NCBI GenBank assembly: GCA_002269645.1
Contig: NIVC01000628.1
Location: 62,001-126,000, forward strand
Reading direction: 5' to 3'
DNA from: Macrostomum lignano
Taxonomy: Eukaryota
Length of the DNA: 64,000 nt
Shown here: one piece after another, positions 51,313 through 63,698 of the stretch
How positions within the stretch are numbered: the first letter of the stretch is position 1
Layout of the letters: the number at the start of each line of letters is the position of its first letter
The notes under the pieces: generated by a model
The model's database searches: none
What the model saw: only the letters and a program-made list of their open reading frames with translations
Told to the model about the DNA's origin: nothing
Translations under genes and position numbers: made by a program

Positions 51313-52857
51313 CCTTTACATGCGCGTCTTTTAGTTTGTTAGCAGCTTTTTTTGCTGGACAAACTAAGGCGCAGCGTCTTGTTTATCGTCTTTACACCAT
51401 GTCTCTCGTCTTTTTAGTTAGCTATGCGGGTTAATACGTCGTAATAACAATAGCAACTTGCTGGAGGGCTGTGGCCACTCTGACGCAACGCCTTCGGCGA
51501 ACTCGACCCACAACCAAGCTCTGAATAATTTTGACCATTCCACTGACTCCTGAACACACACAAGTGCGCCAAAACTGTACTCAGGCACGGACTCACGCAC
51601 ACGCTCACACAGGGTGTACAGCAGCCCTGACTTTCCAATCGTCAGGCATGTACACTCTCTGCGTGCCTTGGAGGTTGGGCCTCATCAGTGTGAATCGCAT
51701 GACAACCTCCCGTCCAGTTTCCGTGCACACGAACCCCCAATTGAATGTGGCCACGCAACTGATTCGAATCAAGGGTTTTCCCCTAGCTACGATGATCAAT
51801 AATGTGTTCGAATCAAATTTCAATGCTTTTTTTTCTATCACAGCTGCCTGTTTTTTATCCAGAGTCATGAGAGACATTCCAAGACTTGCTTAAAGTTTTA
51901 ATGTCTACTTTATCGTTTTCTAATAATATTTCTTTTGTTGTTATTCAACTATTTTAGACATCTTAAAGATGAACCACGGCCTGTAACCCCTCGCTGCCTT
52001 CCCAAATGCCTTCATGATAGTGTGCCTGGAGTTGTACTTTCCAACAAGCAAACTTAATTAGCTAGCAATAATTATGTAGAAACTATTCAACATAACAATC
52101 GAGTCTCGATCAACGCTAATCAATTTTTCATTTGTTTGCAATGAATCAAAATGCACCATTTTTAACATCCTATAGTGTTACTGCTATTGAAATCTTGTCA
52201 TTTTATATTATAACAAATGTAACGAAAGACGCTACCAAAATATGAATCAGCAATTTCTTCAGAGAACACTACATAAGCGCATTGTAGCGATAAGACAAAT
52301 TACGCAATCCGGCCCCCAGCCTTTTCTGAGAAAGTCAAGTGTTGCGTCTTTCTCAATTCAGTTGCCGTGTAATGTACTTAAACAAAAATTGGTTCATCTG
52401 CTTTCCGTTTTTCTATCGCGATTTTTAACCCACAGTGTCTAAAATTGGCTTCATGTTTTGTGCATTATTGGATCCACGTTCCTCGAATACTCAAGTAAAC
52501 GTACCTCCCAGAAAAACCTCAGGGTATGCTTTCAGCTAGACTAAATGCAAGTATTATCCGCGTTGCCAGTTTAGCTAATTAAAGCTGCTTGAAGGAGCTA
52601 TTTTTTCCGGACGAGGTTGTACTGACAAAGTTCAATTCGGCTGTATTTTCATACTTTAATTGTGCTTGTCATTTTTTCTCGCATAAAATCTACAATGCGA
52701 GTTCATATCTGGTTTTATTTTGTTATGACAATACAAATTATCCTGAGAGGTTAACCCTCACTGCAGAGCTTGTGTCTATTAATACCATGAGTTGCAGAAA
52801 TATATTTTTGTACAAAATACTAATTCTTTTAATATATTACAATTGGAATGGTCACTC

Positions 52858-53005
52858 AGTCTGCTCACTCAGTCCCTAGTTACCTGCTCACATTCATTCC
52901 CTAGTACCTGCTCACTCTTAGTCCCTAGTACCTGCTCACTCTTAGTCCCTAGTACCTGCTCACTCTTAGTCCCTAGTACCTGCTCACTCTTAGTCCCTAG
53001 TTACC
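52858..53005. repeat. About 24-bp minisatellite (CCTAGTACCTGCTCACTCTTAGTC)n
   Basis: Read directly. Confidence 0.88.
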
Positions 53006-53078
53006 TGTGAAGAGTTTGCTTTAGCACAAAAGAGAGAGAGAGAGTGAGAGCGTCACAATGTAATTCGTGGACGTCGTA

Positions 53079-53755
53079 GTATTCCTCGAGTGCAGAAATC
53101 AATATATTCCTCGAGTGCAGAAATCAATATATTCCTCGAGTGCAGAAATCAATATATTCCTCGAGTGCAGAAATCAATATATTCCTCGAGTGCAGAAATC
53201 AATATATTCCTCGAGTGCAGAAATCAATATATTCCTCGAGTGCAGAAATCAATATATTCCTCGAGTGCAGAAATCAATATATTCCTCGAGTGCAGAAATC
53301 AATATATTCCTCGAGTGCAGAAATCAATATATTCCTCGAGTGCAGAAATCAATATATTCCTCGAGTGCAGAAATCAATATATTCCTCGAGTGCAGAAATC
53401 AATATATTCCTCGAGTGCAGAAATCAATATATTCCTCGAGTGCAGAAATCAATATATTCCTCGAGTGCAGAAATCAATATATTCCTCGAGTGCAGAAATC
53501 AATGTATTCCTCGAGTGCAGAAATCAATATATTCCTCGAGTGCAGAAATCAATATATTCCTCGAGTGCAGAAATCAATATATTCCTCGAGTGCAGAAATC
53601 AATATATTCCTCGAGTGCAGAAATCAATATATTCCTCGAGTGCAGAAATCAATATATTCCTCGAGTGCAGAAATCAATATCTTCCTCGAGTGCAGAAATC
53701 AATATATTCCTCGAGTGCAGAAATCAATATCTTCCTCGAGTGCAGAAATCAATAT
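53079..53755. repeat. 25-bp minisatellite (ATTCCTCGAGTGCAGAAATCAATAT)n, about 27 copies
   Basis: Read directly; nearly homogeneous. Confidence 0.96.
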
Positions 53756-54474
53756 GAGCGATGCGCCCTAATAACAAAGTTAATTCTTTATAACAATAGC
53801 GAGGTACTCCAAAAAGGGCGTCTTCTTCTAGAAATAACGGAATCGGAGTCGTGTGCTCCTATCGGTTTAATTACTTTAGGATAATCCAAATCAATCAATC
53901 GATAATCCTCTAAGGGTATCGGAATCGGTCCGCAGATCCTATCCAATCCCTAAGGAAAAGGGGAGGCCTCAAACTCAATGAACTCGGTTAAATCAACTGA
54001 TCAATAACGGCCGGCAATAAAATCGCTCTTAATCAATCAAATAACAAAGGCTTGAACACGGCTTACCGTACGGTATTAATTCCTCAGAGATGTAGCCTCG
54101 ATTAGCTTCTCCAGCAAGCTTTAAGATCTTTGGAGGCTGCTCCGAGTCTGAGATTTTTAGCTCTGATTTTGGCTTGTATATATCAAAAAATCTTGTGAGA
54201 AACAGGTTATTTTGGGTAGGTGACAGTTTCGCGTTTTGGAAATTTGACCCTTTGAAAATTGAATATAATACGGTACGGTATGGTAATAGATTTCAAGCAT
54301 CCATTACCATATTCGGAGTTCTATATTTAAATGTTGCAAAAGATTATCATTCGTTGTTTTCGTGGTCTTAAAATAGAGTGTGACCACATGGAATTTTTAG
54401 ATTTTGAGTTTTTCGCATTTTTGAGTTACTATACTTATAGTAGTTTACCTTGCACTGTATTTTGGAGATCTCTA

Positions 54475-54620
54475 CACCTGCTCACTCTCAGTCCCTACCT
54501 GCTCACTCTCAGTCCCTACCTGCTCACTCTCAGTCCCTACCTGCTCACTCTCAGTCCCTACCTGCTCACTCTCAGTCCCTACCTGCTCACTCTCAGTCCC
54601 TACCTGCTCACGCTCAGTCC
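54475..54620. repeat. 21-bp minisatellite (CTACCTGCTCACTCTCAGTCC)n
   Basis: Read directly; related to the 52858 array. Confidence 0.9.
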
Positions 54621-54982
54621 CTCGTACCCCTTCCTCCTTCAAACTCGCTTGTTAACCAAAAGATAAAAAATCCATATCAATTTGAAATTTCCCTCGAGAA
54701 TGTCCCAATTTAGCCGAAGACTTTGTTTGCGTAGCCGATCGTGACTTTCTATTAGCCCTTAATAGTACAAACCCAGGGGCCGGTGGGTCAGAGAGGGGAA
54801 CGGAACCAAATATTGTTTTTCATGGCAATTGTCAAAAACAGGATTTGCGCCGGATCAGGGATTCGCTACTGTCAAGTAGAAACTCCTGAGCTCGCATATA
54901 AACTGGAGGCAAATTGCCAACCCTGTTGACAGATTAGAGTTATTTCCTAGCCCCAGGTTGAAGATACAGAATTCTTAAAAAT

Positions 54983-55053
54983 ATGGAAGCCAACAATGAT
55001 GCGACTTGGGAGCACATCGAATCGGACGTGTTGAGTCAGCAATCTCCCACAAG
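54983..55053 (+). CDS. Probable small two-exon gene, exon 1 (MEANNDATWEHIESDVLSQQSPT)
   Basis: ATG in AATATGG context; donor AAG|GTACTG phase 2 matches the acceptor at 55668. Confidence 0.5.
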
Positions 55054-55093
55054 GTACTGGCGCGCCTTTATTTTGCACTTTTATTTTTGTTCA

Positions 55094-55250
55094 GGGGTTG
55101 TAGCCTATAGTGGTTAGAGTGTCAGACTCACAACTGAGAGGTCGGGGGTTCGATTCTCGACCCACTCGGAGCAATTTGTGTCCTTGAGTAAGACGCTTAA
55201 CTCCGCATTGCTTCAGTTCACCACCCAGCTGTAAAATGGGTGCTAGGTGT
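55094..55250 (+). mobile_element. tRNA-derived SINE with CORE-like domain (copy 2, 3'-truncated)
   Basis: A box TAGCCTATAGTGG, B box GGTTCGATTCT, then GTGTCCTTGAGTAAGACGCTTAAC...CTTCAGTTCACCACCCAGCTGTAAAATGGG; colinear with copy 1. Confidence 0.78.
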
Positions 55251-55667
55251 GCTATTTGTGGACTGAATGTTCGCGTATAGAAAATTACAACAAAGGTACG
55301 AATTATGCTTTTATCGGAGAGCAGATCAAATGCTTATATTTTAAAACAACATACCTGTTTTACTGCTCAATTGATATTTTTTAAAGCTTTATTGATAAAA
55401 AATATCTATACATGTATACTGCAAATATTTTAAACCATATATTTCTCTTGAGCCGTAAATTTCTAAAATGCCGGAAAATTACAATTATTTTGTTAATTTA
55501 GTTCAATCATAATCTTGTTAAAGGATTCAGAAGAACTCAGTTTTTTTCGCCATCTAGGAACCTGAAAGCTCCTTAAAAATCATCAAGCTAATTGCGCTCC
55601 TGAAAAGATTTCGTAGTCATGGGATGCCGGATGCGCGATGCAATTAGTCACCCATCGGTCCATTCAG

Positions 55668-55959
55668 GCGTTCAACCGATTCGAGCGAATTTGACGAGCC
55701 GTCGTTCGACCAGCGGCGACAGTCGTGGGAGCGCATCGCAGCAGCAAAGCCGCATTGTGCCGCCAGCGACCCGGAAGCGAGCAGCAGCGGAGCCAGGCGG
55801 TTCCTTGTCCGATTGTCAGCCCTGGGCAGCCGGATCTACGAGACCATTCTCAGTCACTTCTGCTTCGTGTTTGCCGAATACGACGGGCATCGGCGGCCGA
55901 GCCACTACAGCAGCAACTATGGCGACGAGATCGATAGCGATTCGGTTGGAGAGAGTTGA
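55668..55959 (+). CDS. Probable small two-exon gene, exon 2 (RSTDSSEFDEPSFDQRRQSWERIA...IYETILSHFCFVFAEYDG...SVGES*); 120 aa in total
   Basis: Acceptor GGTCCATTCAG|G phase 2; GC-rich open frame in AT-rich surroundings; not in the ORF track because it has no start codon of its own. Confidence 0.55.
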
Positions 55960-56806
55960 ATCAACCGCGGTTTCCTCAAGGACAACTTATTTAAGCCTTT
56001 GGGTAACTTCAAGTGGTCCTTGCGACGGCTGTGCATAAGTCTCATAAGTTTTCTTGTAATCTATAGATTCGATCAGTAGAGAAATCTACAGTTTGAGGTC
56101 AGATGCTTATAAATTCCGCAGGCCCAATCGAACTGATCGCACATACTCGTATTCTGAAATTTTATTTGATTTTCACACCCGCATGTTACTAGTATAATTT
56201 ATATTATATTGTATCATTCCACTCATCCTTACATAAATTTCAAAATTCAGTTTTTTTGCATGGCATATGTGACTCATGGTTCTTTTTAATGCATCGATTC
56301 CATATGCTCGTAGATTAAACGTATGTAAATAAACATGCAATTGATTTATACCTTGCATGCTCAAACCAAACAAGAATATGATAAAAAACGTCATGTCATC
56401 ATCTTAAGCCAATAAAGATATGACAAAAATGGGGATATGACAGCTGAGGGGGGGGGGCATGACCCCCTTTTGCCCCACCCCTGGATCCGCCATTATAGCA
56501 TAGAAAAACATGCTAGTTTGACAATGACACCTGCCGGATATTAATCTGAGTGTCCGTCAAAGAGAGAATCAGCTGTCAATGCGAGACAGTTTACTGCTGA
56601 TCAATACCATTACAATCAGCAGTACACTGTAGATCGAGAAGAGCAGCAGAATTTTTGCTACTGCATTTTTTACAGAATTTCGCAGATCCTACAGGCTACA
56701 GTGTAGTCCAGGCCAGAGAGTACATCCATGTATCAAGAGTGTATTATATACTTTTACAACAAACAATGGATCTTCGACGACAGAGAGAATTCGCGGTAGT
56801 CAGAAT

Positions 56807-57192
56807 GGGGTGCTTTCAGGTCGAAATTTCACAACATCGAAACTTTAGCAAAGGACTTCATAAGTTCGAAATTTCACAAGGTCGAATATTCACAACGTAG
56901 AAAACTCCAAATAGCAGCCACTTTCAAAAGGTCGAAATTTCACAAGATCGAAATTTCATAACGTCCAAAATTTAATATAACAAGAACCATATACAGTAGT
57001 TTTCTACGTTGTGAAATTTCGACCTTGAAGTCTCTTGCTAAAGTTTTCGGTGTTGTGAAATTTCGATCTTGTGAATTTTCGACCTTGTGAAAGTTGCTGC
57101 AGCTGTTTAAGTTTTCTATGTTGTGAAATTTCGACCTTGTGAAAGAAGGTGCTTTCGACGTTGTGAAATTTCGAGTTTGTGAACCGGCCCCC
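56807..57192. mobile_element. Foldback/Mutator-like MITE with modular TCGAAATTTCACAA subrepeats and an 8-11-bp flanking direct repeat
   Basis: GTCAGAAT(GGG) at 56799 and 57193; GGGG...CCCC termini; left half carries GTCGAAATTTCACAA copies, right half their reverse complement. Confidence 0.72.
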
Positions 57193-59109
57193 GTCAGAAT
57201 GGGCGAAAAGCAGATCTAACCGTCGCGATGCCAATTTATCATTGCGGTTTTCACAGCAGTATAAAATCTCAACTTTACTTCTTTACATCAGTGAAAAATT
57301 TGATTGTGTATAGTTTTTAGCCACCCTGGAGAAATTTATACTTTCAGAAACATTAAAATTATGCTAATTCCACCTGCGGGAATTAGCACAATTCCAATTC
57401 GGGTTTGGAATTCTGATTCCAAACCCGAATAGACAGTATGGAGAAACTTCAAGGGAATTCTTGATTCACCTTTAAACTGTAGGCTGCGCTTATTTTTTTG
57501 TGGTCATATAAAGACTAAATGGGCTTATATGCAAACTGTGGTGCCTACTCAGAATTTCTGGATTCCGGTGTTAAATAGGTTGCAAATATTCCTTCATAGA
57601 AATACAAAGAAATGAACAAGAAATTTTCATATTTTGGTGTAAAGCCGAAAAATACGCGCACTTCCCGGCTTGAAAACCAAAAGATACATGTATTAATATA
57701 GCTTTACCTGTAAAGTTGGCTTTGAAAGCCCAACTAATATATTTTAATTCGCACTTATTTAACAAAAGTAAAAAGTAAGACTCATGAGAAACCAGCAAGA
57801 ATATCTTATACGTGTAACACATGTTTCAATGTGTTTTTACTTGAAAATTTGATCTAAAATCAATTCCCATAAGGAAAATCATAATCACTATCCTAAAACC
57901 TTTGACTCCCTATATGGTGCCTTAGTGCCTAGTGGTTCTAAGTCATAGTTTGTTTGAAACAACCTAAAAATGAAACTCAAATTTGAAATTAGGCCTTTAA
58001 TACTATTAAAACCCCTATAAAACAAAATTATGATATTTTCAAACTATAACTATTTTATATCTATCTTAGACTTAAGTTCACAAAGTTCACAATAAGAATT
58101 CTTAGTCCTTATGGTCTATTTTTATATAGGAATTTTAAAATGTTAAGTATATAGTTTTATATACTAATTATAATTATAAAATAATTTTTGTAATATAGGC
58201 CTAATGCTATGTTAAAACCTAATGAACTGAAATTTAAAATAGAGGCCTAGCTAACCTTGTTATAGCTTAATAAAACTATAGTTAAATAACTAAAAAAAGT
58301 TCTTTTTTATTTGTATGAAATAATCTATTGTTACAATCAACCCCCCTCTCCTAATAAAAAATCTTTAACCATAATTTAGTAACAAGAAAATAATAGACTT
58401 TGGCATACAAATTTGACATATCTTCTTTAATAAGAAATATAATATTTCATTATGATTAATTTATGTTTATAAGATTTACATTATCATTACTTTGAAATCT
58501 ATAATTAAAAATAATAAATCATTCCTGTTATAAAATGACATCTGTCTTTAAATTTGAGTTATAGAGTAGAACAAATTCAAGTGAACAAAACAAACCCAAA
58601 GTTGCACTAGGAGCTATTGGCACCCTGTCTAGTATATCAAGCATATGGATACTATATGTAGACATACACACATAGGATTTATAGAGGCTCTGACTTTCTA
58701 ATTGTAGGCCTAATGTAGACACATATGCAACAGAAGGGGCCCAGCCAAGGTAAGTTGCAAAATGCTTCCCAAAAAACAGACCTAGTACTAACTAGATGAT
58801 GAAGCATTTGGCATTAATAATATGGTCATAGCTACTCTAGCCATTTACCCAAAAGTACATTTATTTTGCTTGCATTTCTTTCATAGGTGTTGCATTTTTG
58901 GTCAAAAAGTAAGTCGCACAGCTGGCATAAATTGGGGGGGGGTTGCACATGTATGCTCAGGCTATGTAGAGTCAAACCAGGGGGTCAATGGGTCGTGGTC
59001 TCAGAGTCAGATGCATTCACCATTGAGCTGCTCCAAACACTTGGCTCACCTTACAGCACAACCCACTGCGCTGGCATCCATTCTCTAATCTGCAAGAAAT
59101 TAAAGCAAA

Positions 59110-59472
59110 ATGGATCATTTAAAAAACATGCGGAGCCTCATCACCCGACCTCGCATTGCCATGCTGGCCAGTGCAGCTATCGCCTACTTAGCAACAGCCT
59201 CCATCTGCCTGGCCCTCCTGCTGGCCCTGGCTGGCTACGCTGCCGCAGGCGGCTGGCGGTTCCTTCGCGTGGCTGCTCTGACCGCGCCACGTGATGCCCG
59301 CGGCCTCGTTGTACTGCTCCGCACCCGCTGGATGCTGCGCCAAATGATAGCGCGCCGGCGTGGCATCGCCCAGCTGTTTGGCGCCACTGCAGCTGCAAAC
59401 AGCCATCGGGTTTGCTTCCTGTATGAGGATCAGAGCTGGACATTTCGGCAGGTGGACGAGTACTCGAATAGG
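59110..59472 (+). CDS. SLC27A1/SLC27A4-like: Long-chain fatty acid transport protein / very-long-chain acyl-CoA synthetase (FATP), exon 1
   Basis: N-terminal hydrophobic segment, TAPRDARGL and EDQSWTFRQVDEYSNR typical of FATP1/4; donor AGG|GTGAGC phase 0. Confidence 0.93.
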
Positions 59473-59647
59473 GTGAGCTGCCTTACCTGTCAATTGATTT
59501 GCATCAGTCCGTTTAAATATTGTTCCTACCGTGAGTGTAAGAATCCCATTTTAATCGCCTTAAAATTCGGCCGAAATTATTGCCTTAAAGTCCTTAAAAT
59601 TTGGCTCAATCACCCCGATAATTGCCATCTACAATTGCCTCGGTAAT

Positions 59648-60232
59648 CACCCTAGAGAGTCGCCCTGATAATCGCTTTAGAGATTCGCCCTGATAATCGC
59701 CCTAGAGAGTCGCTCTGATAATCGCCTTAAAGAGTCGCCCTGATAATCGCCATAGAAAATCGCCCTGAGAATCGCCATAGAAAATCGCCCTGAGAATCGC
59801 CATAGAGATTCGCCCTGAGAATCACTATAGAGAATCGCCATAAAGAATCACCATAGAGAATCACCATAGAGAATCACCATAGAGAATCACCATAGAGAAT
59901 CGCCATAGAGAATCGCCATAGAGAATCACCATAGAGATTCACCATAGAGAATCGCCATGGAGAATCGCCATAGAGAATCACCATAGAGATTCACCATAGA
60001 GAATCGCCATGGAGAATCGCCATAGAGAATCACCATAGAGAATCACCATAGAGAATCACCATAGAGAATCGCCATAGAGAATCGCCATAGAGAATCACCA
60101 TAGAGATTCACCATAGAGAATCGCCATAGAGAATCGCCATAGAGAATCACCATAGAGAATCACCATAGAGAATCACCATAGAAAATCACCATAGAGAATC
60201 GCCCTGAGAATCACCATAGAGAATCGCCCTAA
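59648..60232. repeat. 13-bp minisatellite (CATAGAGAATC[A/G]C)n in FATP intron 1
   Basis: Read directly. Confidence 0.93.
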
Positions 60233-60244
60233 ACAATTGCGCAG

Positions 60245-60650
60245 GTGGCCAACCTTCTAAAGGAATCCGGCCACCGTCCCGGCCAAGTGGTGGCCATCCT
60301 GGCCGAGTCGCGGCCCCAGTTCGCCTGCCTGTGGCTGGGTGCAGCTAAAGCCGGGGTAGTCAGCGCCCTGATCAACTCCAATCTGCGCGCCCAGTCTCTG
60401 CTGCACTGCCTGCACGCTGCCGACGCGACCAGCCTGATATTCGGCGCTGAGCTGGCGTCCGCGGTGCTGGAGGTGGCGCCAAGCCTGCCAGCGGGCCTGA
60501 GGCTCTACTGCCTGGGCGGTGGCAACGGCGGCCTGTCCAATGCGGCCGATTTGGATGCCAACCTGCTGCGCGCGTCCACTCTGCAACCGGCCTATCCGGT
60601 TAAACAGGGGCCCAATGCTAAGGATCGACTGTTCTATATCTACACCTCGG
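60245..60650 (+). CDS. SLC27A1/SLC27A4-like: FATP exon 2 (VANLL...DRLFYIYTS)
   Basis: Acceptor GCGCAG|GTG; ends inside the AMP-binding motif IYTSG; donor G|GTTTGT phase 1. Confidence 0.93.
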
Positions 60651-60696
60651 GTTTGTGGCTTGGTGTTGCTGTCCTTGTTTACTTTGTTAATCATTT

Positions 60697-61185
60697 AGAA
60701 CAGCTGTTTACCTGGGATCACCGGTATTTTATGATTGAGAACAGCTGTTTACCTGGGATCTCCGATTGTTTATGATTGAGAACAGCTGTTTACCTGGGAT
60801 CACCGGTATTTTATGATTAATAGTTCAGCTCTTTACCTGGAATCACCGGTATTTTATGATTAAGAACAGGTGTTTACCTGGGATCTCCGATTGTTTAGGA
60901 TTGAGAACAGGTGTTTACCTGGAATCACCGGTATTTTATTATTCAGAACAGCTGTTTACCTGGGATCACCGGTATTTTATGATTGAGAACAGGTATTTAC
61001 CTTGGATGACCAGTTGTTTATAATTGAGAACAAATGTTTACCTGGGATCACCGGAATTTTATGATTTAGAACAGGTGTTTACCTGGGATCACCGGTATCG
61101 TATGTTTGAGTACAGGTGTCTACCGCGTGGGAGCACCGGTATTTTATGATTGAGAACAGGTACTTACCTGGGAGCACCGGTATAC
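60697..61185. repeat. About 41-bp minisatellite (GAGAACAG[C/G]TGTTTACCTGGGATCACCGGTATTTTATGATT)n in FATP intron 2
   Basis: Read directly; diverged copies. Confidence 0.9.
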
Positions 61186-61257
61186 ATGACTGAGATCATA
61201 TATTTGTAATTTTTTATGCTTTATATTTTCTTAAAAATTCTATTCCTCTATATTTAG

Positions 61258-61415
61258 GCACCACCGGCATGCCAAAGGCGGCGGTGATATCGCACCTCAG
61301 ATTCGCCATGATGTCCAACACAATCGGCTTGTTCTTCGGCTTGGGCCTGGGCGACATTCTGTACGACTGTCTGCCACTGTACCACACTGCTGGCGGCATT
61401 CTGGGCATCGGACAG
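61258..61415 (+). CDS. SLC27A1/SLC27A4-like: FATP exon 3 (GTTGMPKAAVISH...CLPLYHTAGGILGIGQ)
   Basis: Acceptor TATTTAG|GC completes YTSGTTGMPKAA; donor CAG|GTGAGT. Confidence 0.95.
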
Positions 61416-61459
61416 GTGAGTCGCAGGGCTTTTTCATTACTCAGGTCCTGTCGCTATTT

Positions 61460-61995
61460 CTGATCCCATTCCCTAAATTCTGATCCAATTCTGCGATTCC
61501 GATCCCATTCCCAAGTTCTGATCCCATTTCCGAATTCTGATCCCATTTCCGAATTCTGATCCCATTCCTAAATCCTGATCCCATTCCTTGAATTCTGATC
61601 CCATTCCTTGAATTCTGATCCCATTCCCTGAATTCTGATCCCATTCCCTGAATTCTGATCCCATTCCCTGAATTCTGATCCCATTCCCTGAATTCTGATC
61701 CCATTCCCTGAATTCTGATCCCATTCCCTGAATTCTGATCCCATTCCCTGAATTCTGATCCCATTCCATGAATTCTGATCCCATTCCTTGAATTCGGATC
61801 CCATTCCCTGAATTCTGATCCCATTCCCTGAATTCTGATCCCATTCCCTGAATTCTGATCCCATTCCCTGAATTCTGATCCCATTCCCTGAATTCTGATC
61901 CCATTCCCTGAATTCTGACCCCACTCCCGAATTCTGATCCCATCCCGAATTCTGACCCCATTCCCGAATTCTGATCCCACTCCCAAATCCCATCC
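61460..61995. repeat. 20-bp minisatellite (AATTCTGATCCCATTCCCTG)n in FATP intron 3
   Basis: Read directly. Confidence 0.94.
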
Positions 61996-62022
61996 TAAGT
62001 TGGAATCCCACCCGCCTCCCAG

Positions 62023-62685
62023 GCGTTCCTCCGCGGCGTGACGGTGGTGATCAAACGGAAATTCTCAGCCTCGGCCTTCTGGGACGACTGCGCCCGCTAC
62101 CAGTGCACGGCGGCGCAGTACATCGGCGAGATCTGCCGCTACTTGCTGGCCCAGCCTGCCAAGCAGTCGGACAGGCGGCACCGGGTTCGCGTCATGTTCG
62201 GCAACGGGCTCCGGCCGCAAATCTGGCGCGAATTTCAGCAGCGATTCGGCGTCGATAAAATGGGCGAATTCTACGGCGCCACGGAGTCCAACTGCAACAT
62301 GGTGAACATTGACAACACGGTTGGCGCTGTGGGATTCCTCAGCCAGATCGCGCCCAGCGTCTACCCGCTCCGGCTGGTCCGGGTCGATCCCGACACTGGC
62401 GAGCCGCTCAGGAACCCGCGGGATCAGCTGTGCGTGCCTGCTGGTCCCGGCGAGCCCGGCGAACTTATCGGCAGTGTTGTGCCCGGCGACGCAATCCGCG
62501 GCATCGACGGCTACGTGTGCAAGCAGGCCACGGAGAAGAAGATGCTGAGAAATGTGCTGCGCCACGGCGATTGCTATTTCTCTACTGGGGACGTGCTGGT
62601 CATGGACGAGCTGGGCTATATGTACTTTAGGGACAGGACTGGGGATACGTTCCGGTGGAAGGGCGAGAATGTGTCCACCTCTGAG
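62023..62685 (+). CDS. SLC27A1/SLC27A4-like: FATP exon 4 (AFLRG...[11 protein letters not shown]...EFYGATE...[21 protein letters not shown])
   Basis: Acceptor CCTCCCAG|GCG; FATP signature [16 protein letters not shown]; ends at a GC donor GAG|GCGAGT. Confidence 0.95.
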
Positions 62686-62739
62686 GCGAGTTGCCGCTTT
62701 GCTTACTGCTTCAGTAGGGGGCGGATTGATACAGACAGT

Positions 62740-63640
62740 CTAGAGTGAGATGAGATTAAGAGGCTAGAGTGAGATTAAGAGGCTGGAGTGAGATGAGGTT
62801 AAGAGTCTAGAGTGAGATTAAGCGGCTAAAGTGCGATTAAGAGGCTGGAGTGAGATTATGAAGCTAGAGTGAGATTAAGAGGCTGGAGTGAGATTATTAA
62901 GCTAGAGTGGGATTAAGAGGCTGGAGTGAGATTAAGAGGCTGGAGTGAGATGAGATTAAGAGGCTAGAGTGAGATTAAGAGGCTGGAGTGAGGTAAGAGG
63001 CTGGAGTGAGGTAAGAGGCTGGAGTGAGGTAAGAGGCTGGAGTGAGGTAAGAGTTTGGAGTGAGATAAGAGTCTAGAGTGAGATTATGATGCTAGAGTGA
63101 AATGAAAAAAGAGGCTAGAGTGAGATTAAGAGGCTAGTGTGAGATTAAGAGGCTAGTGTGAGATGAGAATAAGTCTGGAGTGAGATAAGATTAGGAGGCC
63201 AGATTGAAATGAGAATAAGTCTGGAGTGAGATAAGATTAAGAGGCTAGATTGAGATGAGATTAAGAGGCTGGATTAAGGTAAGATTAGGAGGCTAGAGTG
63301 AGATGAGATTAATAGGCTAGAGTGAGATGAGATTAAGAGGCTAGAGCGAGATGAGATTAAGAGGCTAGAGCGAGATGAGATTAAGAGGCTAGAGCGAGAT
63401 GAGATTAAGAGGCTGGATTGAGATGAGATTAAGAGGCTAGAGCGAGATGAGATTAAGAGGCTAGAGCGAGATGAGATTAAGAGGCTGGATTGAGATGAGA
63501 TTAAGAGGCTAGAGCGAGATGAGATTAAGAGGCTAGAGCGAGATGAGATTAAGAGGCTGGATTGAGATGAGATTAAGAGGCTGGATTGAGATGAGATTAA
63601 GAGGCTAGAGTGAGATGAGATTAAGAGGCTAGAGTGAGAT
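62740..63640. repeat. 19-24-bp minisatellite family (GAG[T/C]GAGAT[GAGAT]TAAGAGGCT[A/G])n in FATP intron 4
   Basis: Read directly. Confidence 0.92.
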
Positions 63641-63698
63641 CCTCACCATTTCTCCCTAATCCTGACCTCCTGTTCCCGCATGTGCCCCCCCCCCCCAG

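Noticed and set aside
51420-51877. Candidate alternative terminal exons for the EGF-like gene, or a minus-strand exon
   Set aside because: Open frames exist on both strands but no unambiguous phase-matched donor; left unresolved.
54066-54249. Minus-strand open frame ending at TACG|GTAAG (…PPKILKLAGEANRGYISEELIPY)
   Set aside because: Single exon-like segment with no recognisable domain or partner exons; needs RNA evidence.
60651-62022. FATP introns 2 and 3 are both 607 bp
   Set aside because: Contents are unrelated repeats; most likely coincidence.
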